Shown in pieces: positions 12,060 to 24,232 of a DNA stretch of 64,000 nucleotides. The DNA is from Elsinoe ampelina (Eukaryota). The notes below the pieces were generated by a model. That model worked only from the letters and a program-made list of their open reading frames with translations. It was not told the DNA's origin and did no database searches. Numbering within the stretch: position 1 is the first letter of the stretch; each line of letters opens with the position of its first letter. The position numbers and the translations under genes were made by a program. The stretch covers positions 2,297,320 to 2,361,319 of the forward strand of contig ML992501.1 in assembly GCA_010093995.1 (NCBI GenBank), in the 5' to 3' direction.

Positions 12060-12602
12060 TGGCGGCAGTGGAACTGAAGTGGTCCAAGGGGCGGCGTGGC
12101 AGCCTGGTAGTTCTTGTGGTGGGTGCCTTCGTTCAGCCTCCTTAGTTACAGATCCCTGCTCGTGCCTTCGTCAATGGATTGTTACCTTGACTAGTGTCAT
12201 TGAGTTTCCGTCTTCGTCGTGCAAAGACACTCCGTCACATGTGAGGAATGCCAATTTCACGTTTGAGACAAAGCAGAAGCCGAAAAAGTGACTGCAATCG
12301 CGAACCGCTGACTTCAGGCTCAGAATTGGTCCGTGCGCTTGTAGGCTGAAGCGTGCGGCTCAGCTTGACTTGATGCCCGCGCTTTCATCATTCATACTCC
12401 GTAATACCTCCCACAATACAAAACTCTCTTTCACCTCACATTCAATCGGAACTTCAGTCTCATCGCCTTCGAGGAGCTTCCCAGGACTACCTCAATCTTG
12501 CTGTTCCCTCTCCCACCTCTTCCTCAACATCACACCGCAACGTCACACCTCTGAACATCGACCCCACTTTCGGCAACTTGCACCTCACATAACACATCTG
12601 CA

Positions 12603-13258
12603 ATGGCTTCCACCGACGAGCAGAAGGTGACACTCACCAGCTCTGATGGTGTCAACATCCAGACCGGTAAGCTGATCACCTCGAGCATGACTGCACTGGC
12701 TGACATACCACAGAGCGCGCCGTTGCTGAGCGCTCCATGCTGATCAAGAACATGATTGAGGATCTTGGTAACCCAGGAGAGGAGGCCATCCCGATCATGA
12801 ACGTACGTGAAAGCTACCCAAGACTTACGAACAGCGATCGCTGACGAGTCCAGGTTTCCGAGCCCGTTCTGCGCAAGGTTCTCGAGTGGTGCGACCACCA
12901 CAAGAAGGATCCTCCTCCAGCCAACGACGAGGACTCGGACAACCGCAAGAAGACGACCGATATTGAGGAGTGGGACCAGAAGTTCATGCAGGTCGATCAG
13001 GAAATGCTTTTCGAGATCATCCTCGTAAGTGACACGAGTCAGTCTCCGTGGTGCATGAGACAGCGCTAACCTCATCCTCAGGCCGCCAACTACATGGATA
13101 TCAAGGCACTTCTCGATGTCGGATGCAAGACCGTGGCCAACATGATCAAAGGAAAGTCCCCCGAAGAGATCCGCAAGACCTTCAACATCCAAAACGATTT
13201 CACCCCAGAAGAGGAAGAGCAGATCCGCCGCGAGAACGAGTGGGCCGAGGACCGCTAA
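12603..13258 (+). CDS. SKP1: SCF ubiquitin ligase subunit Skp1/SconC; 3 introns
   Basis: [78 protein letters not shown]...ENEWAEDR. Confidence 0.97.
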
Positions 13259-13959
13259 GCGCTTTGCGACTCCTGCGTCACATACCTCCCGACATCCACA
13301 CGACCATTCCCACATCTCACGACTCATCGATCAATGCTAGACGGCGTTTTCAAGGTCGTAACGCGCAGCTCGCTTCCTAAGGCAGGAACGAGTACTTTTT
13401 TTGCTGGGGGATTATTCAGAGCATTGCAGGCCTCTGAGCAGAGAGGCTTCTTAGCTATCTACGTCCCTGATGACGAGCAAATAGCTGCATGAAAGATACC
13501 ACATCAGTTCACCGCTCTTCTCACGTAAACGGTCTCATTGAGAGCTAACATCCCTGCATCCCTTTTGCCTCCACATCTGCAATCGGAAACTTCCATTGCT
13601 TGCCTCGCCCAGGTTCACTCATGCTGAATCCCTCGCGCTCGCAGTTTTCTGACCTGACATGTTGCACGCACGCCGCGTTAGCCAGAACTCGGTCAATGTA
13701 AAGGTCGCAAGACCATATATTAAACACGTATGCTCCACATTGATTTTTCGTGACACAAGAATACTTCTCAAGAAGAAACTCCAAGTATGCTTTGCCCATT
13801 GCGATCGAAACGCCTCGTGCACACCTGTACAGCAGCTGCGCTTCCGTTCGTGCACCCCGACTCTCTTCTGCTCCTCGTGTCGCTCCACACTGCTATCGTC
13901 TCAGACACCATGTCTTTTCCATTTCATACGCGCGCCATCTCTTCCTCTCCCGACAGAAA

Positions 13960-15250
13960 TCAAGACTTGTACCCCTCCTTCATACTCTGACTACTCGCGC
14001 TCTGAATCGGCATCGTCGTCGGCAAACCCGGCTTATTCGCCTTACCCTGCCACACCTTTGCCAGCGCATAGACGATCCCACTGACGAACCCCACGGCGAT
14101 AGCGCTGATACTTGCCACCGTGGCCGGCGCATCGAAGAAGACCAGCCCGGAGATGGCAATGGGGAGCTTGTTCAGCGCGCCGACCATGGAGTAGGTGGTT
14201 GAGGAAGTGACGCGGACGCACCAGGCTGAAGTGTAGGAGATGAAGACCGAGGAGAGGCCCGAGGCGATCATGGCGACGATGATGCTGTTGCGTTGCTCGG
14301 TGGGGAAGTTGCGGGCGAGGTTTGCGGATGACCAGTTCTCGAGGAAGATTGAGCAGATGAGGAGGATGGGGATGGAGAGGAGATTGTTGTAGTACATTGC
14401 TGGTCAGGGTCAGTTGAGGGCACACGGGGAGGGGTTGTGGGGGACGTACTGTCAAAGTCCTTGAAATTTGTGAGCTTGATGCGCTTGCGCATTCCGAGGA
14501 CGTAGGCTGCCGAGCAGAAGCAATTGAGCATCATCCAGATGTAGCCTGCGTTGAGGGTCGCGATTTGCTCGTCGGCTTTCTTGGAGGAGCCGTGGGAGGA
14601 AATTGCGTGCTGGATGTCGGCCCAGGCTGCGATTACGGAGGAGAGAACCATGAGACCGAAGGAGAAGAGGGCCATGCCGGTCACGGAACCGCCGAACCAG
14701 AGCACCTCACCGTATGCGATCAAGATGATGGTCAAGTTCTTGAAGATGGTGTAGACGGGAATGGAGAGGAATTGGATGGCCTTTGTCGAGGTGTAGATCA
14801 TGCCGATGAGGAGGACGGAGATGGGGAACCCTAGGTGTGTCAGTACATGTCTCTCTCTTTCTTATGAGCAAGTCTCATACATTTTCGCGCCTCGTCGCTG
14901 TTAAAGTCTCTGAATGTGATGACACCAGCGGTCTTGCAAGTAGTGATGGCCGCGACGCAGACAACGCTCTGTAAAATGTCAGCCATGCTCTAATTCCATC
15001 TCTGCTCGCGACTGACCTGAACGCATAATAAGAAGAAGTTGAGGTTGAAGTCCAGTCCGGATAGCACATACTTGTTCGTGACCATCATCAGGATACTACT
15101 GCCGCAGTACGAGAGAATCGGGAGGGCCGGGTTGTTGGCCATTGGTGATGAGGGCGCCATGGCGGGCTTTGGTGGTGGTGGTGGAGTGTCAAAATTGTCC
15201 TTCTCTTCGCCAATGTCGATTGCGAGATCGCGTCTCTTTTCGTCCGCCAT
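13960..15250 (-). CDS. VRG4: Golgi GDP-mannose transporter; 3 introns
   Basis: [48 protein letters not shown] (GALNK motif). Confidence 0.95.
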
Positions 15251-15916
15251 GTAGTGGTTGGCCGATTCTCCGTATGCAATTTAAAGGGATCGATAACGGG
15301 CCCCGTCGAAGTAAGGGCCTCGAAGCAAGGGGAGCTTGTGCTGCTTTGATGGTAGACGATGCGTCAAAATTCGCGAGCAGGTAGGAAAAGGGGCGTTGCA
15401 AGGACCGTCGGCGATCTTGTTATGACCGATGTGTAAGTTTACAAAAGAAGTGAAGGCAGCGAAAGTATGTGCAGATGCTGGCAAAGGAAGCAAAGTCAAG
15501 GTTACGAAGCCTTTAACCTCTCCCGGGCGGTTCAACCACTGAGGGCTCAGGTCCCCCAGCGGATCGAGGCACAGAATTGCTGGCTGAGCCGCGCTGACTC
15601 GTGTTTGTGACAGGGTAGATCACTATTCAAATTTACATGTATAGAATTGTGTGAAACCTGCCAGGAGGGAAAGGCAGTAGTCTATCAAGTTTCGGACAAC
15701 TTGCAGCCTAGGTACAATCCCCTACCCCTCTCTCTTCAAGTATCCCATCCTGTGCTCGTCGTCGCTATCACGCTGCCGGCCCTCCACCACCACCCCGAGC
15801 CAATTTGAAGATCACCACGCTAGCGTCGCGTCTCCCTCAATCCGGCTCCGCGTCTGCTCGCGGAAATTTCGAGATCTCCGAGCTCACATGTGATTGATTC
15901 TACACATCCTCTCAAC

Positions 15917-16543
15917 ATGGCCGGTATCGACTCCAAAGTAGCATCTCTGGTGGACAGAAAGCCCGATGCCGACTCGGACGACGAAGATGCACTCATAGCC
16001 GCTCTGGAAGAAGACGACACCAATGCCCTAGCGAACTTTCGCGAGCAACGATTACAACAACTACATTCCGAGTTCACGAGAGCAAAAGCCCAGCGTGACT
16101 CTGGCTTCGGGACATTTGTCGAGATCAAAGATGAAAAAACGATACTGGAGATCACTACTTCCACAAAGCTATGCGTCGTACATTTCATGAAGCCGGACTT
16201 CTCGAGATGTCGGACTATGGATCAGAAGCTGGAGGTGCTGGCGCCGAAGCACTTTGATACGCGGTTCGCTAGTATCAACGTTGAGAATGCACCATTCCTG
16301 GTGACGAAGTTGAAGATACAGGTGTTGCCATGCGTGATTGCGTTTGTGAAGGGAGTGGCAACCGACCGCATTATCGGCTTCGAGGGTATTGGCGCTAGGC
16401 CAGACTCTTTCTCAGTTCAGGATCTGGAAGCTCGACTTCTCGCTACAGGTGTTCTGGTCAGATCGAAGATGACAGCAGAGGATGAGGGCAGGCGAAGGAC
16501 AAATCGGGCGCCAGTGGAGGACGAGGACGATGACTGGGACTGA
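15917..16543 (+). CDS. Phosducin-like thioredoxin-fold protein (Plp1/TXNDC9-like)
   Basis: FREQRLQQLH, CVVHFMKPDFSRC, NAPFLVTKLKIQVLPCVIAF, DRIIGFEG. Confidence 0.9.
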   Translation: MAGIDSKVASLVDRKPDADSDDEDALIAALEEDDTNALANFREQRLQQLHSEFTRAKAQRDSGFGTFVEIKDEKTILEITTSTKLCVVHFMKPDFSRCRTMDQKLEVLAPKHFDTRFASINVENAPFLVTKLKIQVLPCVIAFVKGVATDRIIGFEGIGARPDSFSVQDLEARLLATGVLVRSKMTAEDEGRRRTNRAPVEDEDDDWD

Positions 16544-16819
16544 GCATGTTAGGGGCTTCGATTTGACAGCATCGACTTACAGCGTCGACGTACGGCGTCG
16601 ATGTTGATGAGAGTCTCCAGCTTGATGAGTACTGCCCTGTGTACTGACCAAGTGCACGGTCAAGGGCTCCCCAGACAGCCACCACAGATCTGATGGTCTT
16701 CTTGATCGAAAGAATTCATTGGAGCTAGCTTGGGCAGCCACCACTATGATGAGATCCAAGTAGTCTCTCTCTGATGATACAGGCTCACGGCAGATATGTA
16801 CATATACCCTTCCTCAAAT

Positions 16820-17774
16820 CTACACATGACCATAATTCTTCGCCCCCATCGGCCCCATCCCACCATACCACCCCTTGAACAAACTATCATGCACCAAATG
16901 CTTCACATCCCTCTTCCCCACCAAATCCTTCCTCCGTCCAAACAACTTCAACCTCTCCTTGACCCTCCCCTCCACCTCCGTAGCCTTCTCATCCATCTCC
17001 TTCGCCACATCCACCCTCCCGTACTCCCACACATTCGCCTTCATCCCCACCCCATAATACATATATTTCTGCAAAAACCCCAACCAGATCTGCACCGTCT
17101 CCGGGTGCCCGTCCTGAATCTGAATCAACCTCCGCATCGTTATCCTCTCAAAATTCTCCTGCGACTTCTTGTGTACGAAATTCGACTTGGGCACGGTCCA
17201 TCGCTCCGTGATACGAGGGAGAGGCACGGCGCCTTTGGCGGGCAGGTTGAGGTAGTATGCTGCGCGGAGGGCAAAGTCGGACATGAACTCGAGGTTGCGG
17301 ACCGAGTAGGAGCGGAGTTGGAGGTCGGCGACTGGGATGCCGTGTTTGGGGGCGCGTTTGAGGGGATTGAGGTATGTGAGTTGGACGGAGCGAGGGAGGC
17401 GCAGGGTGTCGACTTCTTTTTGGATTGAGGGGGGGAGCTTGTAGTCGCGGAGGGGGAGGGTGGTGCCGCGCGCGCTGGGAGAGGGTTAGTGGAGGGAGGG
17501 ATTGGGGGAGAGGAGGGTAGGGTGTACTCTTCTGTGGAATCCGACATCATGTTATCATAGTCTTCTCCATTCTCGGCCAGGAAGTCGTGCATCATCGGTG
17601 ACTTCTCGCCGGTGAAGGGCTGTCTCGATTGGTAGACTGATCTGGTTTGAGGGCATATTTGCTTCGGAGCGATCTGCTGGATGTCAGCAACGCATATGTG
17701 TGTATCCCGATGATTTTGACCTTTAATCGCTTCGCTAAGCTGAAAGGTGACCTGAAATAGCTAGGGGCCGCCAT
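16820..17774 (-). CDS. RSM10: Mitochondrial ribosomal protein S10 (uS10m); 2 introns
   Basis: Basic presequence MAAPSYFRSPFSLAKRLK; ADLQLRSYSVRNLEFMSDFALRAAYYL...VPLPRITERWTVPKSNFVHKKSQENFERITMRRLIQI. Confidence 0.93.
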
Positions 17775-18042
17775 GTCGCGCTGTGTCGTGCCCTGCTAAG
17801 TAATGCTGATATCAGGTCGATATGGAGCTCAAGAAAAGTCTCCACCTTTCCGATTGGGGACGGTCTCGAGCCGCGCTAAGCGCCCGACGCACTATTCCAT
17901 CCCAGTGTTTTGTCCTGTGCTGACTTTAGGCCCAGTCTGGCCTGACTCATCAAAAGTGCGAGAAAGGTGTTGATCATGATACGAGCGTCTCGTGTTCTTT
18001 GCCAGGTCAAGTGTCTCGAGCTGAGTATTTCTTCCCCGAAGA

Positions 18043-18741
18043 ATGGCGAGCATACCCCATTTCCTCTTCTACCACGTACCCAAAGATGACGGGCAAGCAA
18101 TTCCAGCTCTTGCGCAACAATACAGAGATCTTCGCCTTACAGCCCTTCGGCTCTCACCGAACTCTTTCGGCTCCACTGTAGAAGTAGAAGAACGCTTTGC
18201 AGATGTTGTCTGGCAGGACCGCCTGCTGCGGCAAGATTTCGAGACGTTCGTTTGTGCCGTCGCCACTGGAGCCGAGCATGGCACCAGCATCCACTCGAAA
18301 GATGTGACATGGATAGCTCAAATTACACTCCGAGGACCAATCGACGCCAAAAGCTTTGAACTGCCTCCCGAAGCAGGACAACCATTCAGCGCCAAGGATA
18401 GTCGAGCATCAGAAGAGCGCTGGCAGGTCTTGGGACTGTATGTACTACCAGACTTCCGAGGACATAAGGTCGCTCAAAGACTCTGCGAAAGTGCATTCGA
18501 ATACTTGAAGACCACGCGAATGCAGCAAAGCCAAGAGTGCTCACGGATTAGACTTCGAACCATGATCAAAGCAGACAACGTCGCGAGCATTACGTTGTTC
18601 AAGCGGCTTAAATTCGAGGACTGGGGAACGTGTACTCGAGCTGAGGGAATGGTGGCAAACGGCGAGACCCCACCAGAGATTCTGGACGACGGTTACACGT
18701 GGAGAGGTGGCGTGACACTTGCCCGCCTTCTTGAGGCCTGA
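18043..18741 (+). CDS. GNAT-family N-acetyltransferase
   Basis: YRDLRLTALRLSPNSFGST, GLYVLPDFRGHKVAQRL (motif A), NVASITLFKRLKF. Confidence 0.85.
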   Translation: MASIPHFLFYHVPKDDGQAIPALAQQYRDLRLTALRLSPNSFGSTVEVEERFADVVWQDRLLRQDFETFVCAVATGAEHGTSIHSKDVTWIAQITLRGPIDAKSFELPPEAGQPFSAKDSRASEERWQVLGLYVLPDFRGHKVAQRLCESAFEYLKTTRMQQSQECSRIRLRTMIKADNVASITLFKRLKFEDWGTCTRAEGMVANGETPPEILDDGYTWRGGVTLARLLEA

Positions 18742-19001
18742 GTGGACGCTGATACATCAGACTCTCAGGGTTTGAAAGCCACCAACGATTGCACACAAGA
18801 TATAGACCAGGAAGGTTGAGCAAGGAGTACATATATTCACTATAGACAGGCAAAGCCAAAGCACCAACACCTTCTCCACCACATTACCCCCGAAACAGTC
18901 TATATACAGGACCACGTCCAAAGCAAGCAAGCGATCATATCAAAGGAGTGTCCCGACCATCCCTTCTCCCTCTGCAATCCCCTGCATCCTCCTTGACCCA
19001 T

Positions 19002-19751
19002 CTAGTAAGCCAACAACCCCGCAACAGCGACCACCGCCCCCGCCACCCATCCAGTAGTGATATGCACCGGCACAGCACCACCAGTGAAGGAAGCCACAAT
19101 CCCAGTGCGAGTGGCAGTACCGTTAGCCGCGCGAGTAGTAGAGGTCGCAATTCCGCGGGTGGTGTTGACTGGCGCGGCGCCGACGGGAGTGGTAGGACGA
19201 GGCTGGCCTGGGACGCGGGTATTGCGGCCCACACACCGAGCGTCTTCGGAGCGGAAGCGATCATCGTCGTCGTCGTAGCAGTCATCGTCGTCGTCGTCGT
19301 CGTCGTCGCCTGGGCGAGCGGTAGGTGCGGCGCCGACAGGGGCTGGGGTGGTGGGGCGGGGTTGGCCGGGCACACGAGTGTTGCGGCCTGCGCAGCCGGG
19401 AACTTCAGAGCGGAAGCGATCGTTGCCGTCGTCGTAGCAATCGTCGTCGTCGTCGTCGTCGTCATCATCGTTGCGGTAGCCGGTGGGGGTGGCGGTAGGA
19501 GTGGTGTTGGGCTGGGCTGGAGCAGGTGCTACGGCCCCGACACGGCAGCGGGCATCGTCGTCGTCGTCATCGTCATCGGTGCAGCCCTCGGGACGAGCTG
19601 GGGCGGGGGCTACAGGAGCCACAGGTGTGGTGGTGGCGGCGGCAGCTGGGCCGACCTGGCGGCGGTTGTCATCGTCATTGTCGTCGCGAGGCTTGAGAGC
19701 CACAGCGGACGAGAGGGCAATGAAGGTAGTGAAGGCGAGTTGGAACTTCAT
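19002..19751 (-). CDS. Secreted, probably GPI-anchored cell-surface protein with poly-Asp/Cys repeats
   Basis: Signal peptide MKFQLAFTTFIALSSAVA; C-terminal FTGGA...GWVAGAVVAVAGLLAY GPI-like signal; internal duplication; CTATAAAG about 150 nt upstream. Confidence 0.85.
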   Translation of the reverse strand: MKFQLAFTTFIALSSAVALKPRDDNDDDNRRQVGPAAAATTTPVAPVAPAPARPEGCTDDDDDDDDARCRVGAVAPAPAQPNTTPTATPTGYRNDDDDDDDDDDCYDDGNDRFRSEVPGCAGRNTRVPGQPRPTTPAPVGAAPTARPGDDDDDDDDDCYDDDDDRFRSEDARCVGRNTRVPGQPRPTTPVGAAPVNTTRGIATSTTRAANGTATRTGIVASFTGGAVPVHITTGWVAGAVVAVAGLLAY

Positions 19752-21521
19752 CTTGAGCGCGTGAAGGGTATTAAGCAGGTAAAGTTATGAGCGAGTGATA
19801 GTGTTGTGAGCGAGTGCAGTAGAGGATGTCTCTCTTGAGTGATATTTGTGCTTGCTTCTGACTTGTTGTGATAGATCTACGGCGGAAACACATGCTACCT
19901 TTATAGCAAACAGCAAAGGTGCTTGTTGCAAGGGTTCTCTGTGCCTTCAGTCACCGTACCAACCATCCCACTTACGGTGCATGTTCTTGGTATACAATCA
20001 TAGCCACCTACGTGCATGTCATATTGCTTGATCGCGAATAGATTGCAGACCAAGAAGTGTCGCATAGTTCGGCAGGGCTGTTAGCGTCGGGGTGGGACTA
20101 CGTAAGACTGCTGCGCTCCTCCACACAGCGATGTGCAGTGGTACGCATCCCTGCGCAGTAATCTTGGCATTAAGACCATGAGGCAGGAATACATCCTGTT
20201 CCTGATGACCGGACGCGTGGAGTCACGTTACTTGCGCCCCAAACAGCTCCCTGGTCGAGATCTGGTGCAGTGCGGAGATGCTTGTTCCAGAAATCCGAGT
20301 TGGAGCTCATGATTAGAGCTCTGATTCAAGGTCGAACACTGTGACGGCAGCTGTGCTCGCTGGAACTCTGACATAAGAACAACCTTCCTACCTGCTTGTG
20401 GCAGCGCCATGTTCGCAAGAGGCTTCGAAGTCTGTTTGCTATTGACTCTTGATGTATAGCAGACGTTCGCCCAGTCATCCTACTGTAATTACTTGCGTGT
20501 GCGAGCTCGTGTTGGTCCGGAAGGCTGGACACGAGCCTCAGCACGTGTTGTCGAGGATAGGCGAAGAGCATCTCATTGCGAGCTCTGGACTTGTGAGCCG
20601 ACTGGGCGCGGAGAGGAGTGCCGCAAAGGCAATCTCGTTGTTCGACTCGAGAATCTTGACCTACCAGAATGAATGCCCTGAGATGGCGGAGACGAGCAGA
20701 TCGAAAGAGGAGAGGAAGTCTTGGTGGTGACGCACCAGCCACCCAAAATTGGAACAAGGTGGGGCACCGACGTCGAGTGGTTCGGCTGTGCCTGGTTCAA
20801 TCGACAATTACGGATGCCAACTCTGCTCTCATCATTGAAAGTTCATTCCTTCAGGTCATAGCCAATATGATATTGGCAGTATTGGTGACCTCTCATAGCT
20901 CGTTCACGGTCAATCGCGCCTTTGTGTGGTCAAGACCCGAGGCATCCGGAGCGTGCACCAACTACCAGAAGCGATTCAACAGAGCATCAATCGTCACGGT
21001 CGAGAACCTCATGCCCAGACGATCATCTCGAGCACACACGCAAGCTCACATCCTGGCGGCGTCGAGACACGACCTGGCCTTGTTATGGCGTCTTCTCATG
21101 CATGCATAGTGACAAGACGCATCTCCTTACCTACCAGGCCGAGTGCATTGTCAGATCCAGTCACCACACTTGATCTACTGCTTCGTCATCAGTTGCCTTT
21201 CGATACACATGGAGGTCTATGTCACCGGGACTTTTCCATGTCTTGGCTTGAATGTTTCATCCACAATTCCTACCAGTCGCACACCAAATAGGAAGGTACT
21301 CTTCTATTTTTGTTTTGCTTCAGTACATGCGGGTCATGCTTGACATGATCTACTCTACAGCTACTCTACACGAAGCGAGGCTCGTTGCTCCGTACTGGCT
21401 ATTGTCCCTTCTCGGTATTCATACCCAGTCTTCTCCTTCATGCCACCGGTACTCCTGCAACAGTTGCTTCGACAGGTAGTGCTTCATCAGAGTTGTACGA
21501 GTACCACCCGTTGATCATGCC

Positions 21522-21881
21522 TCACGATGGCGGCGTGACCTCGACCTTTGGCGTATTCGCTCCACCCTCGACTTTTGTATCCAGCTCGACGTTATCCTTC
21601 TTCGCACCCTCCTTGCCGAAGACGTCACGATCGTCGCTGACCTGCATCCCCTTTTTGCGTCCTTCCCTTGTACATGTGTACCGAAGTACAAACCAAAGCG
21701 AGACTCCGAGGACCACCAGAATAGCAATGGCTGCCACGATAAGCGCAGCCAGTGTGCTCTTCTGAATACCGACTGCGGTTTGAGACTTGATGTTGTTGGT
21801 ATCTCGCTTCATCAAGGCGGAATACCCTCTTGCGGGCAAAGATCGAGCGCCTGCTGCGCCAAAAGCTAGGTTGTCCAGCAT
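21522..21881 (-). CDS. Small single-pass membrane protein (hypothetical)
   Basis: TM segment LAALIVAAIAILVVLGVSLWFVL followed by basic residues; start codon uncertain. Confidence 0.55.
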   Translation of the reverse strand: MLDNLAFGAAGARSLPARGYSALMKRDTNNIKSQTAVGIQKSTLAALIVAAIAILVVLGVSLWFVLRYTCTREGRKKGMQVSDDRDVFGKEGAKKDNVELDTKVEGGANTPKVEVTPPS

Positions 21882-22336
21882 ATTGCAGACTGTATTTATC
21901 AGGTAGTGGACAGGATGAAAATGCTGGCATGGGAACGCAAGATCCAGACTGGCAATCATATGTCCCTTCGAGGACAAAGAGCTTTCCTCGTGGTCTCTGT
22001 TTGACTGTGCGAACAAAGGGACCAAGATCTGGAACGATTGACCGTCCTGATCTCATTTAGCAAGACATGCTGATAGGAAATGGAGAAGGCCGCTCGACTC
22101 GAAAAGGCCAGGCAACAGTTGAAGGTACATTACTTCGCAGTATGCTGTCATCCGCCAGGCACTATGTCGTGTATGAATGTCCCATGTGCTGACCTGCAAG
22201 TCAAGAATGGCAATCTAGACAAAGAAGAACCGAATCTGGCCGCTTTTGGAACAACAATCCACGAGGTCCCACTGACAGTACATAACCGGTCGACCATCAT
22301 AATGTAATGAGTGGCTCTGCCATCGCTATCGACAGG

Positions 22337-22915
22337 ATGTGCTACTACCGCCTCCATATCTTCACCACTTGCGGGCACACGTCCTTCTCTCCGAATCCAG
22401 TACGTCAATGCCGCGAGTCCACCACCTACCGCCTGAAACTCATGACACGCTCAGCTCTGACGCCCTGGCTGGGCTGTCCTATCCGTACCACACACCCTCT
22501 CCAGACTTTCAAGGTCGAACGGCTCTGCAACCAGTGCCAGACTGCGCGAGACAACCTCCTCTATCACCTCGACTCAGCACACGTTATACGAGTAGACGAC
22601 ACGAAGTGGAAAGTTAGCTATGCAGCCCCAGAAGCAGTGTGGCAGGCTAATGACCCGAAGCTGGGTCTTTTGGAGAGAGTGAGAAGGAGGGATAGAGCAG
22701 GGGCTGGGCAGACGAGTGTGCCTCCTACACCGGCGACTGTGAAGTCAACAAATGTCTCAACGACACCGAGGACGCCGAGAACACCAAAGACGCCGATCAG
22801 CATGATGAGTAGTGGAACGAAGAGAAGGAGGTCCTTGAGAGGAAGCGGGCATAGGATTATGAGCGTGGTGCGGAACTCACTCAAAGGGGAACAGCACAAT
22901 GTGCATTGGATATAA
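22337..22915 (+). CDS. Hypothetical protein with an N-terminal Cys/His (putative Zn-binding) motif
   Basis: MCYYRLHIFTTCGH...C...C...HP...CNQC, followed by a basic S/T-rich tail. Confidence 0.65.
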   Translation: MCYYRLHIFTTCGHTSFSPNPVRQCRESTTYRLKLMTRSALTPWLGCPIRTTHPLQTFKVERLCNQCQTARDNLLYHLDSAHVIRVDDTKWKVSYAAPEAVWQANDPKLGLLERVRRRDRAGAGQTSVPPTPATVKSTNVSTTPRTPRTPKTPISMMSSGTKRRRSLRGSGHRIMSVVRNSLKGEQHNVHWI

Positions 22916-23271
22916 TAACTTGGTCAGACCTGCGAGATGTAACGGGAGAAATCGACCTTTCTCAAGACTCCTTTGATACACGTACATGATGATGATGCTG
23001 AAGTGAAGAAATGCAGCAGACGACCACCATTCAATCCATCCGCATCCGGCCTAGCGCCTCCAGTCTTGGCACATCGCACCTCGAAGCCCTCACGATAACC
23101 ACCTCGCTACACGATCCCCAATCCCAACACCGCCCCTCCTCCAAAACACCACTTCCTCCCCACCAGCCTCCACGCTCTTTCCCCGACTCCTGCCAACCGC
23201 CAACCAGGCATTGACTGCCGCCCTCCACTTGGGCCCCCCTTCCGCCTCCTAACCCCATCCCAACCGCAACG

Positions 23272-23878
23272 ATGCCAACCCCCGAAACCCCCTCCTTCAA
23301 ACTCGCCAAACCCTCGGTCCCCCCGACGTTCGACGGGGTAGACTACGACGATAACAGAGCGCTCAAAGCGGCGCAGGATGCGGTCGTCCGCGAGCAGTGG
23401 GTGCAGAGCATGATGGCGCGGTTGATCCGGGAGGAGATGGGGAAGTGTTACTTCCGCGAGGGCGTGAATCATTTGGAGAAGTGTGGGCATTTGAGAGGTA
23501 GGTTTTTTCTTTTCTCAGACATTGAATGGGGGGGAAAGGGGGATGAGGGAAGGGAGAGAATGGGAAGAGGAAGGGGTCGGAGAGGAGAATTGGGAGGGGG
23601 AAAGGCAGGGGAGTTATTGGGGCGGAGAAGGGAGGAGAGGAGGTGGAATGGCTGGCGGGGTGAAGGCAGAGGACGGCAAAGGATAAGCGGGAGAGTGTTG
23701 TGTTGCGGAGCAGGAGGTGGAATGGAGGTAGAGGGCATTGGGATTGTTCTCGGACTGGCTGTGATTTGAACGAATACAATACTGACATTCGCCAGAACGA
23801 TATCTACAACAACTCAAGCACGCCAAGATCAAGGGCTACCTGTTTGAGCAACAAAATTACAAATCAAAGGACTCGTAG
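23272..23878 (+). CDS. NADH:ubiquinone oxidoreductase 12 kDa subunit (NDUFB10-like); intron 23498-23795
   Basis: VREQWVQSMMARLIREEMGKCYFREGVNHLEKCGHLR|ERYLQQLKHAKIKGY. Confidence 0.92.
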
Positions 23879-24232
23879 ACCGAAGCGCCGGTATGGCGGA
23901 AAGGACAGATGAGAACCTGGCAGATAGGCCGATCGGAGAGAAGAAGCACCAAGCGAATCCCTGAGGAGACGCCCTCCATTATTGAGGTGCTTGCCACGCT
24001 ACACACACGCGCGAGGATAGAAACACAACCATGTACAGCATCGAATCAGACGAACCATGCATTCCCCAATCCCACCATAATCATGCTCCTACCATAGATG
24101 AACCACCCGACACCATGCCCCAAGCCCACCGATCCAACATCCCAACCCCTGGACTCAACCTCCTCCCCCCTAAACCCCCAACCATACAGGAATGCTATGC
24201 AAGAAAAACAATCCCCACCTCCGCTCCCCCTC

